Assembly (NCBI GenBank): GCA_031274255.1
Contig: JAISQK010000268.1
Span: forward strand, 1-49,109
Direction of reading: 5' to 3'
Length of the DNA: 49,109 nt
Origin: Planctomycetaceae bacterium
Lineage (GTDB): Bacteria > Planctomycetota > Planctomycetia > Pirellulales > Thermoguttaceae
In this document: in pieces, positions 47,646 to 49,109 of the stretch
Numbering within the stretch: the stretch's first letter is position 1
Layout: each line of letters opens with the position of its first letter
Notes under the pieces: model-generated
Database searches by the model: none
What the model was told of the DNA's origin: nothing
Seen by the model: only the letters and a program-made list of their open reading frames with translations
Position numbers and translations under genes: made by a program

Positions 47646-48815
47646 TTACAAACCCCCGGCACTTTCACCGCCCGCAATCGTTCCGTAAGCTCCCCAGACG
47701 CCGAACGGACTTGATCCGGCAAATTCATGTTCTGATTTGGGGTAAGTGTTATCATCCGGTTTTCCTTGTTTTGCCCAAGTGGTATTATCAAAATCAATGT
47801 CCTGATTCGATCCCCAGTTCACTGTGTCGGAAACGAACTGAACAGAACCGTCAACCAGTCCGCCATTGGCACCGCCGGTGTGATGACTGCTTGCACTCAT
47901 GATGCCATAATACCAACCTGATTGGTTAAAACTGCTGGCAGTCGCATTTCCTGAGGGGGAGTTCGGGGGAAGAATGGTGTGAAATCCGGTGATGGTACAG
48001 TTCCCTTCCGCATAATTCTGTCCGCGTCCAAACTGAGTGACGCTGTAACTTGAGGCATAAACACTGCGGTTTTGGGGATCAATGCGGCTTAAAAGAGCGG
48101 ACGGAACTTTGGAGTCAATCTGGACAATTCCTCCTTTGACATTCCGGCTGTTTGTTCCGCTGGTGGTTACCGCTTCGGAAAACGCAATGGTATTGAACGT
48201 TCCATCCGTGATACCTCCGAAAGTCCTGAAACGCGGCATCTCTTTTCGTGAGGGGCCGTACAGCGGTCCGCTGAAGAAACCGCGGTTATTCGGAGTGGAC
48301 TGATCACATCCCTGGATCGCATCGGCATAACATCCCATGTAATTGGTGCGGGTGGAATTATTCCGGTCCGTAAAAGGAATTTTGACGTTGGAATCCGAAG
48401 GACAGGCAAGATACGAAATGGACGCATTGTACGCCCCGCTGGTATTTGCTTGTGCATCGGGAAAACCGCTTGCTTGAATGCGCTCATAAAGAGCATTCTG
48501 TTCCGCATACGGCAACATCGCGACATGGAAACTGATCCAGCCCCAGCCTGTTCCGAATCCGCATTTTGACGCGGGAAAAGCACCATTGGCATCGTGATAA
48601 GTGTGCAACGCCAAAGAAATTTGTTTGAGATGGTTGGTACACTGCATCCGCCTTGCGGCTTCGCGGGCGGCTTGAACCGCAGGTAAAAGAAGAGCAATCA
48701 AAATACCGATGATTGCAATCACCACAAGACGCTTCACAACGGTGAAAGCCTTATTATAACGACACAGACAGCCCCCCCCCCCCCCTATTTTAACATTTTC
48801 TAACAGCTTTTTCAT
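47646..48815 (-). CDS. DUF1559 / prepilin-type N-terminal cleavage-methylation domain protein
   Basis: The pilin-like N-terminus reads AFTVVKRLVVIAIIGILIALLLPAVQAAREAARRMQCTNHLKQISLALHTYHD, the hallmark of the PVC DUF1559 family. A strong RBS gaggag lies before the ATG at 48815. Codons 11-15 (GGGGG) are encoded by a G14 homopolymer. Confidence 0.85.
   Translation of the reverse strand: MKKLLENVKIGGGGGCLCRYNKAFTVVKRLVVIAIIGILIALLLPAVQAAREAARRMQCTNHLKQISLALHTYHDANGAFPASKCGFGTGWGWISFHVAMLPYAEQNALYERIQASGFPDAQANTSGAYNASISYLACPSDSNVKIPFTDRNNSTRTNYMGCYADAIQGCDQSTPNNRGFFSGPLYGPSRKEMPRFRTFGGITDGTFNTIAFSEAVTTSGTNSRNVKGGIVQIDSKVPSALLSRIDPQNRSVYASSYSVTQFGRGQNYAEGNCTITGFHTILPPNSPSGNATASSFNQSGWYYGIMSASSHHTGGANGGLVDGSVQFVSDTVNWGSNQDIDFDNTTWAKQGKPDDNTYPKSEHEFAGSSPFGVWGAYGTIAGGESAGGL
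48772..48785. repeat. homopolymeric C14 (G14 on the coding strand) tract inside the 5' end of the DUF1559 gene
   Basis: Fourteen consecutive C at 48772-48785 encode GGGGG. Tract lengths of 13 or 15 place stops within ~15 codons. Confidence 0.9.
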
Positions 48816-48868
48816 AAAAAACTCCTCACAAAGTAAATTTGATTGTAAAATCGTAACATCAGAGATTC

Positions 48869-48897
48869 ATATTAATCAAAAGAGAAAGAAAAGTCAA
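48869..48897 (-). promoter_or_regulatory. near-consensus sigma70 promoter for the DUF1559 gene
   Basis: The minus strand reads TTGACT (48897-48892), a 17-nt spacer, then TAATAT (48874-48869). This lies ~55 nt upstream of the ATG. The surrounding upstream region is pyrimidine-rich. Confidence 0.5.
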
Positions 48898-49109
48898 GAG
48901 CCAAAAAAAGAAAAAGAGAAAAATTTTTTGACCGTTCCCTGTTTTTGACTCCTCCATTTTTCTGTGACGGTTGTTTTTTGCTGTGAAATGCGTTATTCTA
49001 AAGAAAATGTCAGTAAACAATTGTTTTCTCCATGAATTGTCAAAGTATCCAATCAATCGTTACTCAATTCGATTAAGGAAAAAATCATGAAATTTTCACG
49101 CCGTCAATT

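Noticed and set aside
1-49109. A scan for CRISPR arrays, tRNA and rRNA genes.
   Set aside because: There are no regularly spaced direct repeats. No tRNA T-arm/acceptor signatures (GTTCGAATC-like plus CCA context) and no rRNA-like conserved blocks were found by eye. A dedicated tool (tRNAscan-SE, CRISPRCasFinder) should confirm this.

Overview
This 49.1 kb window looks like a chromosomal segment from a PVC-superphylum-like bacterium (Planctomycetota/Lentisphaerota/Verrucomicrobiota-like). The basis for that guess is a DUF1559 prepilin-like gene followed by a small lipoprotein gene, a PEP-CTERM protein, about 50% GC, and pervasive long antisense shadow ORFs opposite real genes. Most of the window is housekeeping or envelope genes on both strands: an FGE-sulfatase-modifying-factor-like protein, exbB-exbD-exbD, flotillin, a GH16 glucanase, HtrA, a TlpA-like redoxin, a GspK-like pseudopilin, cysT, a corrinoid methyltransferase pair, ybjQ, queD, efp, ribH-nusB, cdsA-uppS-ribD, scpB, rph, an M42 peptidase, gluconolactonase, a sugar-phosphate isomerase, ruvB, serC and two CNNM/DUF21 paralogs. 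The accessory features are: (1) an IS5-family insertion sequence (~438-1403) whose transposase is split across two frames at an A6 run; (2) a NotI-like type II restriction endonuclease plus a D12 (Dam-like) N6-adenine methyltransferase wedged between exbD and the flotillin gene; (3) an Mrr-type type IV restriction enzyme between ruvB and serC; (4) two ORF-free gaps (22996-24120 and 46380-47028) holding three copies or fragments of a GC-rich, hairpin-dense repeat whose ends carry ~40 bp inverted repeats terminating in a GGGAC-N4-GTCCC hairpin, plus a separate ~41-57 bp repeat shared between 1404-1452 and 23930-23987; (5) a 14-nt poly-C/poly-G tract inside the 5' coding region of the DUF1559 pilin-like gene, which predicts slipped-strand phase variation, with a near-consensus sigma70 promoter upstream; (6) a lumazine synthase (RibH) fused to a poly-Asp/Glu tract, a Cys/His cluster and a Lys/Ala-rich histone-H1-like tail; (7) a 115-aa extremely acidic protein with periodic Trp; (8) a perfect 150-bp intragenic tandem duplication in a 653-aa secreted protein gene; and (9) an unlisted 57-aa ORF between a UroD/MtaA-family methyltransferase and its corrinoid protein. 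I found no tRNA, rRNA or CRISPR array by eye. All calls rest on reading the sequence and on recalled family motifs; I ran no database search.
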